Of a DNA stretch of 64,000 bases, positions 40,993 to 53,800 are shown in pieces. Location of the stretch: positions 124,001 through 188,000 of the forward strand of contig NIVC01000055.1 in NCBI GenBank assembly GCA_002269645.1, read 5' to 3'. The position numbers were made by a program, and so were the translations under genes. Origin of the DNA: Macrostomum lignano (taxonomy: Eukaryota). Numbering within the stretch: the stretch's first letter is position 1; every line of letters begins with the position of its first letter. Under the pieces are notes generated by a model. That model saw only the letters and a program-made list of their open reading frames with translations, was not told the DNA's origin and made no database searches.

Positions 40993-41488
40993 CAGATCAT
41001 GCTAGGTGCACACCTGAACAAAAATCGAATAGTTACAAATGCATGCCAAAAAATTGATTGCACGCACATTCTCAAAACTATCTTTTTATGTTGTGACAAT
41101 AAATGACCTTTTTATGTTGTGACAATAAATGACCTTTCTTAGAATTGCATAATAGATCCTTTTTAGCAAGTAATTTGGTTTTCATTTTTCTGCTTTTTAG
41201 CAATTACTATTTATAGTAGAAAATTGATACATGCAAAGATTTGTTTAAATGCTTTATTATAAGCAAAAAAACCTAGAAAGCTTGAAATTTATGCTTAAAA
41301 ATAACTTTTTTATTTTTTTTCAACTTAACATTAACTCTTCTACGTGATTCTATAAAGTGCATGCCAGGTATGCATGCACACTATTTTCTTAGGAGTGATG
41401 CATGCCAACTGTGCATGCCTACTTTTGGTGTGCAAGGCCAATGCATGCCCAAAATTTTTGGGCATATACTACAAGATCTGGAGTATGG
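40993..41488 (+). repeat. Dispersed repeat of about 500 bp, copy 1
   Basis: Colinear similarity to 47030-47535, with a 58-bp identical core at 41382-41439. Confidence 0.75.
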
Positions 41489-42055
41489 TCCTGAGACTTT
41501 ACCCTCTAGAATTGATCCCTTTCCCCTCAAAAAAAATTTTAGTTGCGCTACTGATCAGGTTAGGTGCTGCATATAGATATAAACACTGCCGTAGCTCTTA
41601 TGCTCCATAATAGAAATATTATCATAGTGAGCAAAGACTTCTAGTATCTGGCATAGCCTGATGACTATATCTCTAATAGGAAAAACTAGGCTTGGTGCAT
41701 TGTATACCTTCTTAAAAATGTGTTCAATTAGCTACTAGAGATAACTTAAAGATGTGCCTATTCTACCTAGCCATAAACCCAATTTTATATAGCATAGAGT
41801 CTATCTCACTGATCAACATGCAAGAGCAAACTTTAACATGTTCTATTGATCATTGTTATATTATATGCTAGAGATGCATTACCTAGAGTGCCTACTAACC
41901 AATATTGATAACCTATACTAGAGACTTATCCCAGAGTGCTACACTGCTACCCAATGCTTATTACTCAAAGAGAGAAATAGTATCAAAAAGTAAACGCCAC
42001 AATAGAAAAAAAAATTAGATATAAAACAAAGCAATGTCATAAAAGGCTCTCTAAA

Positions 42056-43420
42056 TATAAGGATAGTGCACTTTTATAATAATCTACTTATATGAGTAAT
42101 AGTCCACTTTGGTAACAGCCATTTTGGTAACAAAAAATGACCACTTCAGTAATAGCCACTTTGGTAACAAGTGAGAATAATATAATATGTATTAATTGAT
42201 ATGCTGTAAAAAATGTGTGAATAAACTTTAAAGAAATAATGACAAAACACATGCATACCTGCATGTGTTTAACTTGTTTAAAAGTGTTTTAACTAGGGAG
42301 GCTTCACAAGCGCTAATTTTTATAAGTGCTAACTTACCTATTTTCACAAGCGCTAAACTTGACAAACACTACCTTGTCCCCTAGCAGTTTACACAAAGCA
42401 CTAAAAATGAAGATAAAAACCCAAAAAGCACAGTTTTTTAGTAACTAGATTATAGAAAACCAAACGGTTAATCATGTTTTATGTTTTGGGGATTATAAAG
42501 GTTAGCATTTGTGAAGTTTAGCACTTGTGAAAGTAGGCAACATCATTTGTGTTTTAGCGGTTGTGAAGTTTAGCATTTGTGAAGTTTAGCACTTGTGAAA
42601 GTAGGTAACATCATTTGTGTTTTAGCGGTTGTGAAGTTTAGCATTTGTGAAGTTTAGCACTTGTGAAGTTCAGTGCTTGTGAAGTTTAGCACTTGTGAAA
42701 ATAAGTGACAAATTCGTAGCTAATGTGAGGTTAAGCACTTGTGAAGTTTAGTGCTTGTGAAAGTAGATGGTTTTGCTATTCTAAGTTTAGCATTTGTGAA
42801 GTTTAGCGCTTGTGAAAGTAGGCAGCAAATTTTTAGCTATTATGAAGTTTAGTGCTTGTGAAAGTCAATGTTGGTAACGGTTATGAAAATTAGTACTTGT
42901 GAAAGCGACCCTTTTAACCAATCTATTTTAATTTCTGGATGAGTCAGATATATGCACCCAAGACATCCTGTTTTTGACCAAATATTGTATACCATGTGCA
43001 TTAGAATCTCTGATCTAGTTAGCAAATAACAACTTAAAATTATGGAATCTATTTTTTCATTATTTAAATTTTTTCAATTTTAATATATGCAACTGCAAGT
43101 AGCTTACTTTGCTTAATTTAGTTAGCCTTCAAATTTTTCATATGATAAAGTAATGTATAAGTTTAAACAAATTATAATGCAGTTCAACTAGAAAGTTTAA
43201 CCATATGTGGCAATAAGAAATTTAAGATGTAAATTTATAAACTAATTATTGCTAAACCTAATTACCATAAAAAGTGTTGACAGTCATAAATCTGCCTTGT
43301 TACTAAAGTGGCTATTACCAAAATGGCTGTTACTGAAGTAGTGATTTTTTGTTACTAAAGACAAAATGGATGCTATGACCAAAATGGCTATTACCAAAGT
43401 AGATTGTATTCCTTATATAT
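42056..43420. mobile_element. Larger degenerate inverted-repeat element enclosing the 42296-42911 element
   Basis: Arms at about 42085-42172 (CCACTTTGGTAA / CCATTTTGGTAA sub-repeats) and about 43296-43410 (TTACCAAAATGG / TTACCAAAGT) are reverse complements. Ends are approximate. Confidence 0.5.
42296..42911. mobile_element. Non-autonomous TIR element (Mutator/Foldback-like) with internal inverted sub-repeat arrays
   Basis: Left end GGGAGGCTTCACAAGCGCTAATTTTTATAA versus reverse complement of right end GGGTCGCTTTCACAAGTACTAATTTTCATAA. Flanks TTTTAACTA / TTTTAACCA (8 of 9 match, TSD-like). Many AAGTTTAGCACTTGTGA units inside. Confidence 0.65.
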
Positions 43421-43847
43421 TGCACTAGCCTAAAATAGAATTCTTATATTTGGCATGTCCAATAATAGAGTTATACTTATAATAACTTTTTTATCATATG
43501 CAAAATAATTTTTACTTGTTATACTATGATTTTGGAACTTATAGATTTTGGTGACAATCACCTTAAACAATAATGATCACCACAAAAAACAGTTGTAAGA
43601 CATAAAATCCATAGTTTCTAATAAAACAAAATCAAATATTAGCAAACTGACTTTGTTTATTTCAAAAGATGGTAAGATTGTTGCAGCACCTTATATTTCA
43701 TCTTTGATTTATGATCACCTAAACCCCTGGCTAAACGTATATTGCCCATTGAAATAATCACAAACCAAAGCTGGCAGTAGGAAAACCTGTCAAACTAATT
43801 TCAACTATCAAGTCGCAAGTTTGAGCTATGGATATGGTAGCCTTTTA

Positions 43848-44012
43848 CCTGCAGTTTACAATTACCCAAACATATGTTATCCATTAAAATGATCGTGAAC
43901 CAAAGCTGGCTGTAAAAAAGTATACTAAGGGTTTACATGCTTTCCTACAGCCAGCTTTGGTTCATGATCATTTCAATGGAGTGCATGTGTGGAAGTGATT
44001 GTAAACTGAAGG
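43848..44012. repeat. Imperfect hairpin (about 67-bp arms), probable small MITE
   Basis: CCTGCAGTTTACAATT...GAACCAAAGCTGGCTGTA versus TACAGCCAGCTTTGGTTC...ATTGTAAACTGAAGG. A partial third arm lies at about 43746-43780. Confidence 0.6.
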
Positions 44013-44892
44013 ATTGCCAATAATGCTACCCTTCTTGAGCATCTACTGAGTACACTATAAAACCTTAATCTCATTTTGTAGATGAGAATGTCTTCTTTCA
44101 AATGATATATCAATTTTGTAAAATCCTTAAAATATATTCTCTATAAGACAGTAAAAACGAAAGACACTTGCATGTCCAGTTTTGAAGATACCTTGTTTGC
44201 TTGATGAGACCTTGCCCTAACCTTTCCATATGGAAAAATGCTATACCAAGCACAGAAAATTACCCTACTTCACGTCTCATTTATTTATTACCGCAACAGG
44301 TTAAGAGAATGATTCAAAGATTTAAAGATAGAATAGATATTAGAAGTTATTTTTTAAAATAAAATAAATAAAACAATTGAAAATAGTATTTAATTATACT
44401 AATTGGTAATTAGTATTCAATTTTGCAGGTAGGTAAATGGAATATAATAAAATTTCGTTGATCTGCTCACCAAGGGTCCTAACCTTTTATTACGTAAAGA
44501 AACAACCAATATGTCTTTAAGTATTTAGTCCGTGACAATGAAACTCAAAACTGAGTCCTCGAATTGTAACGTCACATTTTCCTAAGAAACGTGTCTGACC
44601 CTTTTAAAAGTGGCTTTACCAACACAAACAAATTAACTCAAAAAATATATACGACTAATAGATCAATAATAAAATTTGCTTTCAAATCGTTTTTTGCTAC
44701 AAATTATTCTAGCTTGTAATTAGTTTGAAAATCAAATAGTTCAAAAAATTATGAATAATTGCTTCGAAATAGCATTATACACTCGAGTACTTCTTATCTT
44801 ACTTGTCATTGTGCTACCCTCTTCACTGCTTATTTAATTCTTTCTTAGCACAACCATTATTTCAGAAATTATTTTAATAGAAGCGATACAAG

Positions 44893-47800
44893 ATGAGTCT
44901 TTTTGGTGGAAAGTCAAACTCTCAGTTTGACAGCTTGTTGAGTGAGTATATTTCCTTTATTTTATTTATTTCACATAGCAAAATAGATTAAGCCTAATTT
45001 CTTGTAAGGTTTTTGATGTGGATGTTTATTAGTTTTTTGGCGATCTTCCAGTTTGTTTCTCGATATTATTCTCAAGTTTGAATTGGTTTGTAACATTTAT
45101 GTATACTCAAAGATGATGATTATAGAGGGCAAAAAAATCAAGGCAATGGCTAGAGTTCCGCCACCGGAACCCATTTTCTAATGGCTACAGATCCGGCAGT
45201 GCCATTATAATATAGATGGAACATTATATTTTTCTTTTTACAGGTGGCTGATATTGAGATTTTGTTCTAGATTAAAATTTAAGACGATATGATAAGATTC
45301 GGGACGAGATGCTTCTAATATTTAGACTTCTTAAGATATGTTCCTAGCAGTCTTTATATGCTTCTATACAGCGCTGCCGGATCCCTAGCTGTTAGAAAAC
45401 GGGTTCTGGTGCTGGAACTCTAGGTGTCTAGCCATTACCAAAAATTGAAGTGTTTAACAATAACATTAAAAAACAAAATTTAATGGCTGACAGTGTTTTT
45501 CTCTACTTGACTGCCACCATTTTTTCTGCTAGGCCCTAATATTTATGGAAAGTCATTTTGTCTGCAAATTTGGTCATTTTGTCTACCATAAAAATTTTCA
45601 GGCCTATAAATTACAATGCTAATGTAGTATCTATGACTATAATGTTGTAGGCAATTGTTAAGTTTTATTCATTAATTAAATTTTTTGACTTCAGAAAATC
45701 AATCTAAAAAAACCATTTTAAGTAAAAGTAACTTCTTTTAAGGAACTTTAATCCTAAATAAACAATTCTATGTTTTAAAACTTATTATATTCCAATTTGA
45801 AATTTATCCCAAAAATAAAGAATGTAATGTATTCTGCACAAAAAATAAAAAATTAGTGCATATGCACACAAAACTTTATTAGAATATTTTTTGGCTATAA
45901 TAGATTTAGTAAATTAATATTGGCACTAGTAAAATTACTATTGCTACATTTGAATCCAATATTCCATAGTGTAAATCAGGTTTTTTAGCCAAAAATATGG
46001 ATTCAAGCTTGCATCTCAAGCTTAAAAATGGATGCAAATATGAAAACTAGGATACAACTTATATCTAGGTCTAAATTTGGGGATTTTTTTGGGATAAATA
46101 ATTAATTATTTTATTGTTGCATTATTTACATAGCTAAAGTAAGTGGCATAAGTATATGGTTCTATTTGTTGAACTATTTTGAATTCAAATTTGTGCTTAA
46201 ACTAAAGAAATGCATTTTTTAGTTTTTGCACAAATTTTAATTGGAAATAGTTTAATAAGCAGAATAATACTTATAATGCCAAGTTACTAAGTAAGCATAC
46301 CATAAGAAAAAAAAATTGCAAAAGAAACTGAAAGCATCATTTTCATGAATTAAAATATTCAATGCAATTAGTTTTATGCAGGCAGTGCTAATTTGATTGA
46401 CAGTTAGCCCTATTCCCATAATGCAAATTGTTTGAGGCAAAAACAAAAGCTAAAAAAAGTAATTAGTATTTAATCACACAGTACTTGCCTTTTAATGCTT
46501 TTATTTTAAAGATGCAAAATAATTCAGTAATTATTCAATTTTTTTTGACAGTTTAACAGTAATTTAAATAACAATTAATCAGTTTTTAATTAAAGGCTAG
46601 AGCTAAGGCCAAGCCTAAGCAGCCAAGCCAAGGGCAAGGATACCACAACCAAAGTGTAGTCATGAGTCACAATTTCACATTCTAAACTTATGATTACAAA
46701 TACAATTACAAACTTATGTTATGTAGAAGTAGAATAGATGACAATGACATGCTTTTTCTTATATAAAATATTTCAATTTAAAGCATTTTTAATCATAGGA
46801 AGAAAAACAGTAGAAATTTAGGGAAAGTATTCAATGAAGATTCAAAAAAGTATTGAAACAATATATTTATGCATAATGTTTTGTTTGTAACTTTTGCTAA
46901 AAAATGACTTACATGCATTTTGATCTAAAAAAATGCAGATGCACAAGTTGTATCCAGTGCCAAAAAAAGTGGGTGCAAATCCAAATTTCAGGGTGTAAAT
47001 TACACCCTATTTGCTTAAAAAACCTGGTCCAGATCATGCTGGGTATATGCCTATACAAAAATTGAATAATTTTAAATGCACCTACATGTTAAAAATGGAG
47101 TGCATGCCCATTCTCAAAACTATACTAGTGTTGCAACAATAAATGACCTTTTTTATATTCGGACAATAAATGACTTTTTTAAAATGCATAAGGAATCTTC
47201 TTTAGTAAATAATTTAGCTAATTTTTATGCTTTTTTGGCTATACTTTTTATAGTAGAAAAATTGATATATGCAAAGATTTGTTGAAATCATATGCTTTAT
47301 TTCAAGCTTAATGAACCTGGAAAGCTTGAAGTTTATGCTTTAAAATGATTTTTTATCTTTTCTCTACTTAAAATTAACTCTTCCGTGTGATTCTATATAG
47401 TGCATAGTAGGTGCGCATACATTATTTTCTTAGGAGTGATGCATGCCAACTGTGCATGCCTACTTTTGGTGTGCAAGGCCTATGCATGCCCAAAAATTTT
47501 TGGCAATATACTACATTACATGATCTGGAGTGTGGCCAACAATATATGCACTTTTTTAGCAAAAAATATATTGTTCTATGTGCCTTTCTTAGTAAAAGCA
47601 ATTTGTTCTACATGCTTGATATATGAAATACATCTTGGGTTATATTATGGGGCCTATAAAATGCTACTAAGCCTTAAAAGTCTATGGTCAAAACATAAAA
47701 TTTTTGAATTAAATTAGTGCTTAGATGTCAATGTCAGAATTATGTTCCAGTATATACTAGAGTGAAAATTGCTTTATTAGCTCCTATAGATCAATGTCCA

Positions 47801-50800
47801 ATAAACTTATTATAGTTATTGTACACAAAATATACCAAGACAAAAATAAAAAAGACAAACTATGTTTAAGGCTTATGTTTTTTTTGCTTTTAGGTTTAAA
47901 TACATAGGTTTTTTGCAATTATAAAATACTTATGTGATTTAATTTGAAAATATTGCATATTGCACTTATTGTATATAAAACAAAATTATTGCATTTATAG
48001 GCAAACATAAGAAAAACTTTATATTAAAACCTATAAAATGTGGCTCAAAAAATTCAAATATGAAAAAACTTTAGATAAAAAACTTGCTTGAAAGTTTCTA
48101 TTCAAATATAGAAATTATTGAAATAGAAATTTCAATATAAAATAGAAAGTACCAATTAAATCCAATTGTAACCAAAATTGCTATTCAAGGATTCCATCCT
48201 AGGCACTGTATAATATATATGTCTTATAATTGTCTATGGTCTAGAAATTAGAATGCTATAAAATTTAATTTAAGTGTCTGTGGCTTCAACTTAAAAAGTT
48301 TTTATTTATACTATAAATTGTTAAGCATGTCATAGGGGTTTCCTCTGTCCCTAATTTTATCTTACACAATGCTAGCAAAGTTGTGCTAGGGCTAAAGCTT
48401 CTGCTCTCTAGAATAATAATAATTTTATTGCTGACACCAAGTTATTACAACCAAATCTTTACTTTCTTAGAATTAGTCTGAGTATTAGTCTGAGTAATTG
48501 TCTAAGTATATATCTAAGTATTAGTCTAAGAAATATTCTTAGTAAAAGTCTGTGTATTTATCTGAGTATTATTTTAAGTACTTGTTATCCCTAATATTGG
48601 TAGTGTCTCTACTTGATACTGGTAGCATTCTTACTATTGCTCTGGTAGCATTATATGTAAATCTGTAAATATTTATATTTATATAAATCTAAGACCTATA
48701 CATAATTGAGCAGATTAGTGTCATGCTTTACCTTGTGGACTAAAATGTAATATTAAGTTTAAAGGTAATCCTAGTACAAATATATACTATAGCATATAGT
48801 TTATACAACTATTGTTCAAACAACTTTGGAGTTATAAATGAAACAAGTTTATTTACATATAATAACAACATTCCTATGAGGCATATTGATTGATTTAGTT
48901 CAATTATAATTTATTAGTATTAGTTTTATATAAATTAAAGCTCACTAAATTTTATTTTAAAACTTTAGCTCTTCTACCATGTCAAAACTTGTTAAATTAT
49001 GCCATTTGCATTGCAGTGCTAATTCAAATACTTAATTTCTTGGTTAAGATGCAATGCTAGTAAAAATAATAAATCAATGCTCAAGATATGATATAATTTC
49101 GGAATTTTTGTAGACAAAGCAACCAGCAATCTGAATTTGGAGACTGACTGGGCTGCTATTCTAAACATCTGCGATCTGATTCGACAGCAGGATGTGAAGT
49201 AAGCCTGACTATAAATCATCAGAACACAGCAAAAATAATTATAGACACTTGAAATATCTATGGTGAAAATATCCAACCTGATCATTTTTTTCAGCGCCAA
49301 ATATGCTGTCAGTGCAGTGCGCAAGAAGCTGTGCCATGACAATCCCCACACTGTATTCTATGCACTTCAGGTGAGCCAGTTGAACATTTTGTTCTTTTAT
49401 ATTGCACATAGATTTGTTGTTATTAGGAATACAACTTGCCATAAAATATCATTTTAGACTGTTGAAGCCATGGTGAAGAACTGCGGCAATCCAGTCTACG
49501 ACGAAGTTCTCACAGTGGAATTTCTTGATCTATTGAAAGAATTGTCCAAGGTTAGTCCGTTGGAGGACAAGTATTGACTCTGAGAAGACATAGACATGTA
49601 CACACAATCGCATACAGGGCCTTTGCAATGCAGTCTACATACAGGTTTATGTTTTTACAATGCTTTTCAGAGTCAAGATCCGGTGAAAGAGAAAGTGCTG
49701 GAACTAATCCAGATCTGGGCCTCTGTGTTCTCCAACCAGTCCCGCTATCGCTGCATCCAAGATGTGTTCTCGTCGCTCAAGCGGGAGGGTGAGTCCTCAA
49801 TTGACGTGTATTATTTTGAATATGCTTAATTATTGTGCAAAAATGTTAGTTAAACTTGGAATTGATAGAAAGCATGATGATAAAAGCAAAAAATGAAACT
49901 TAATACTACCTAGCCTTCCTCGGCATTTATTTCGTAATCTTAGGCTTCCTTGATTGTGTAGTTTTTCTGGCTCTAAGGTACTTGTCTCCTTGTCCAGAGC
50001 CTCAATTTTTGTTCTGGTGCCTCTAGCAGCGAGTCTCTTGTCAGCGCCCACCATCAAACACTACTCGTATCAGCGAGTCTCTTGTCAGCGCCCGCCATCC
50101 AATACTACTCGTATCAGCGAGTCTCTTGTCAGCGCCCGCCATCCAACACTACTCGTATCAGCGAGTCTCTTGTCAGCGCCCGCCATCCAACACTACTCGT
50201 ATCAGCGAGTCTCTTGTCAGCGCCCGCCATCCAACACTACTCGTATCAGCGAGTCTCTTGTCAGCGCCCGCCATCCAATACTACTCGTATCAGCGAGTCT
50301 CTTGTCAGCGCCCGCTATCCAACACTTATTGGCGAGTCTCCTGTTTAACATCTGCTCTGTAATTAACCCCACATCTTTGACCAAGCACTCCCAATCGCTT
50401 CGTTCAAACTTTTTGGGTATTTCAGCCGAAAGTAATGTGACAAACTACTAATATCGTCGTAAATTATAGACATCCATTAGTGAAATGAAGCCACCCCAAA
50501 CATACTCTGCCATGCCATTTCCACCCTTCGCTGCCTGCACGCAGGCCATTCCTTTCCCGCCGTCCGGTCCTCCGACGCGATGTTCGAAGCCGAAGCGGCC
50601 CCAGAATGGAAGGAGGGCTCCCTGTGCCATAAGTGCCGCGCCCAGTTCACCACGTTCCGGCGCAAGCACCATTGCCGCTCCTGTGGCAACATATTTTGCG
50701 ACGAATGCTCTGATAAACGGTCCATCATACCGCGGTTCGGAATCGAGAAAGAGGTTCGCGTCTGCAAGGCCTGCTATGACGAGATCAATCGGTGAGACAA

Positions 50801-53800
50801 GCTAGCTTATTTTCGGAAACTTTTATAAGGCACAATAATTATAAATTATCGGCTTACCCTAAGACATTGTCCATGTCAACAATTCCCCTTAGTCCTTGAC
50901 CATTTGAGCAATTCCCTTGAGTCTTTGGCCATCTAATCAGTTCCCCTTGGGTCCTTGGCCATTTGAGCTATTCCCCTTGAGTCCTTGGCCATCTAATCAG
51001 TTCCCCTTGAGTCCTTGGCCATTTGAGCTATTCCCCTTGAGTCCTTGGCCATCTAATCAGTTCCCCTTGAGTCTTTGGCCATCTAATCAGTTCCCCTTGA
51101 GTCCTTGGCCATCTAATCAGTTCCCCTTGAGTCCTTGTCCATCTAATCAGTTCCCCTTGAGTCCTTGGCCATTTGAGCAATTCCCCTTGAGTCTTTGGCC
51201 ATCTAATCAGTTCCCCTTGAGTCCTTGGCCATCTAATCAGTTCCCCTTGAGTCCTTGGCCATTTGAGCAATTCCCCTTGAGTCTTTGGCCATCTAATCAG
51301 TTCCCCTTGAGTCCTTGTCCATCTAATCAGTTCCCCTTGAGTCTTTGGCCATCTTATCAGTTCCCCTTGAGTCTTTGGCCATCTAATCAGTTCCCTTGAG
51401 TCCTTGACCATCTTATCAGTTCCCCTTGAGTCCTTGACCATCTTATCAGTTCCCCTAAGTCTTTGGCCATCTAATCAGTTCCCCTTGAGTCATGTCCATC
51501 TGAGCGATTCCCTTCGAATCCTTGACAATCTAATCAGTTACCCTTGAGTCCTTGTCCATCTTATCAGTTCCCCTTGAGTCCTTGACCATCTAATCAGTTC
51601 CCCTTGAGTCATGTCCATCTGAGCGATTCCCTTCGAGTCCTTGACAATCTAATCAGTTACCCTTGAGTCATGTCCATCTGAGCGATTCCCCTTTAGTCCT
51701 TCAATGTTTCTGCAATTACTACAATTTTACTCGTAGATCGACGCTAAGTTCGATTTATTTCCAAATCGAGCATATATTGATATGCAATTTTCATACTACT
51801 GACTTGCTACTAACAGTTCCCAGATCAGTAGTATCCGCAACATGTCTTTAAAATTTATATTTTAAGCGTCGTGTCGCAGTCGCCCGCCCTAGTAGAACCT
51901 GGCGTTGCTAAGCAACGGCAGCGCCAGTCCAGATCGATATCGGCTGTGACGGCGGCCCACTCCAGCGATCAGTGGCATAGAAACCGAAGAACTCGGTTGC
52001 TAATGCTAATTCTGGAATCTGTTCACTTGTTGTAGTTTGAAATCGCGTTTTTTTTAAACTAGTTTGTTTTGTTTGAAGTTTCCAGTTCAAAGCAGCGTCA
52101 AGTTGCAAATAGTTGTATCGTTCTAGGCCACCAAGGCGCACAGAGTGTAAATGAGAAAGTCTGGGCCGCTGTACATGTACATCCTGTGTGAGCGCCAGCT
52201 CGTGCGTCAGTGAAATGGAATGGGTCAATTTGCGGAAAAATCTCCTTTAACTTGAAGCTAGCCATCCCATTCGTAAGCCGCTTATTTTTCCTCTCCTTGG
52301 CAGGTCCTCCAGTGCGGATTCGAACAGATACGATGACCGATCCGAAGCCGAGGCCAAGGTGAGCGAGACAGTGCGCATATCAGTCAGTATCAGCCTGTAC
52401 TTAATGTCCAGGGGGTTGTAGCCTACTGGTTTACGACTTGAAGGTCGGGGGTTCGATTCCCCATCCCACTCGGTAAAATGGGTGCCAGCATTAGCTGTGG
52501 TAATTGAGGATGTGTGTGACGACCCCCCCAGTCCTTGGACTGAACAGCCGTACGCAGTCTACAGATGCGACTGAGCTATCGGTTGCACATTGGCCCAATT
52601 GGAGCAGGTTTAGTCAATTATTATTATTATTATTATTATTACTATTACGAGTACTTAATATCCACTTTTCCTAATGCTGATATTGAAAAGTGGCACCTTT
52701 TTCCCCACTACAATGCTGACACTACAAAGTGGCACCTGTAAGGTTTAGCGAATTTGTAACAAAGGCCACTAGATTGGTTGCGGTTGCGCAATCAAGTTAC
52801 ATTTTGATTTGACAGCTGTGGAACCTAGGCACATGTGTAAAATGATTTATTACAACTTCTGTCGGCCGTCACTGTAAACTTAAAATTGCTCCAATCCTAC
52901 ATTCAAAGGGCCCCTCCGAAGATCCTCAAGTGAGCAATAAAAATAATTTATTTCTATTTGCTGGGTTAACTGGCTTGCATTTTTATAATTTGCGGTCGGA
53001 ACAGTTCTATTCTACTCGTACATGATACTACTACTAGTAGCTAAAATCGGCTGCTAAAATAATGCCACACTTATTGCTTTGAATGTTGTAGTGCAAAATC
53101 TCTATAATTTGGCTGCTTTCTAATAATTCATAATTATTGCTTGATTAGCTAATTCCGCTGCTTTAACAATTAAGAGTATTTATTGTATTTTTTATTGCAG
53201 CCGGCAATCTAACATTAACTGTAAAATCAAGCATGCATTCCTAATGTACATTTAATGTGCATACTCAGGAAGCGCATGTGTACATTTGGTTTGACATATA
53301 GTTCACCTCTCTCTCTCCCTCTCTCTCCCTGTCTTCCACCTCTTCTCTACTGTTTTGAGTCTCACTTGCTCCGTACAAATATTTCAACTTGTGGAAGGAC
53401 TCAGTGCCATGTTTTTAATCTGCATTACAGCTTAACACAATGATTGAGTCAAACGCTAGATAAAATACCATACTCTGGTTTATTATTATTATTAGATGAA
53501 CAAGGACAAGGAGAGGGAACTGGAATTGCGAGAGAAGGAGGAACTGGAATTAGCTCTGGCCTTGAGCGCCTCCGAGGCTGAATCTAAGACCAATCAGGTA
53601 AGTTATTAATGCGCTGCCGTGTTTCTCTGTTGCTATGCTAGTGGTTTTTCAGGCCTTTTTAATCTTCATTTTCTTTTGATTAGAACTTTTGCCAAAATAT
53701 AAAGAGATTTGTGTTCGCTGTCATTCTAGGGTATGAGATTTCTGTGCGCTGTCATATTCTAGGGTATGAGATTTCTGTGCGCTGTCATATTCTAGGGTAT

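Noticed and set aside
52411-52470. tRNA gene
   Set aside because: It has A and B boxes but no complete cloverleaf or anticodon arm. The TSD and (TTA)n tail indicate a SINE.
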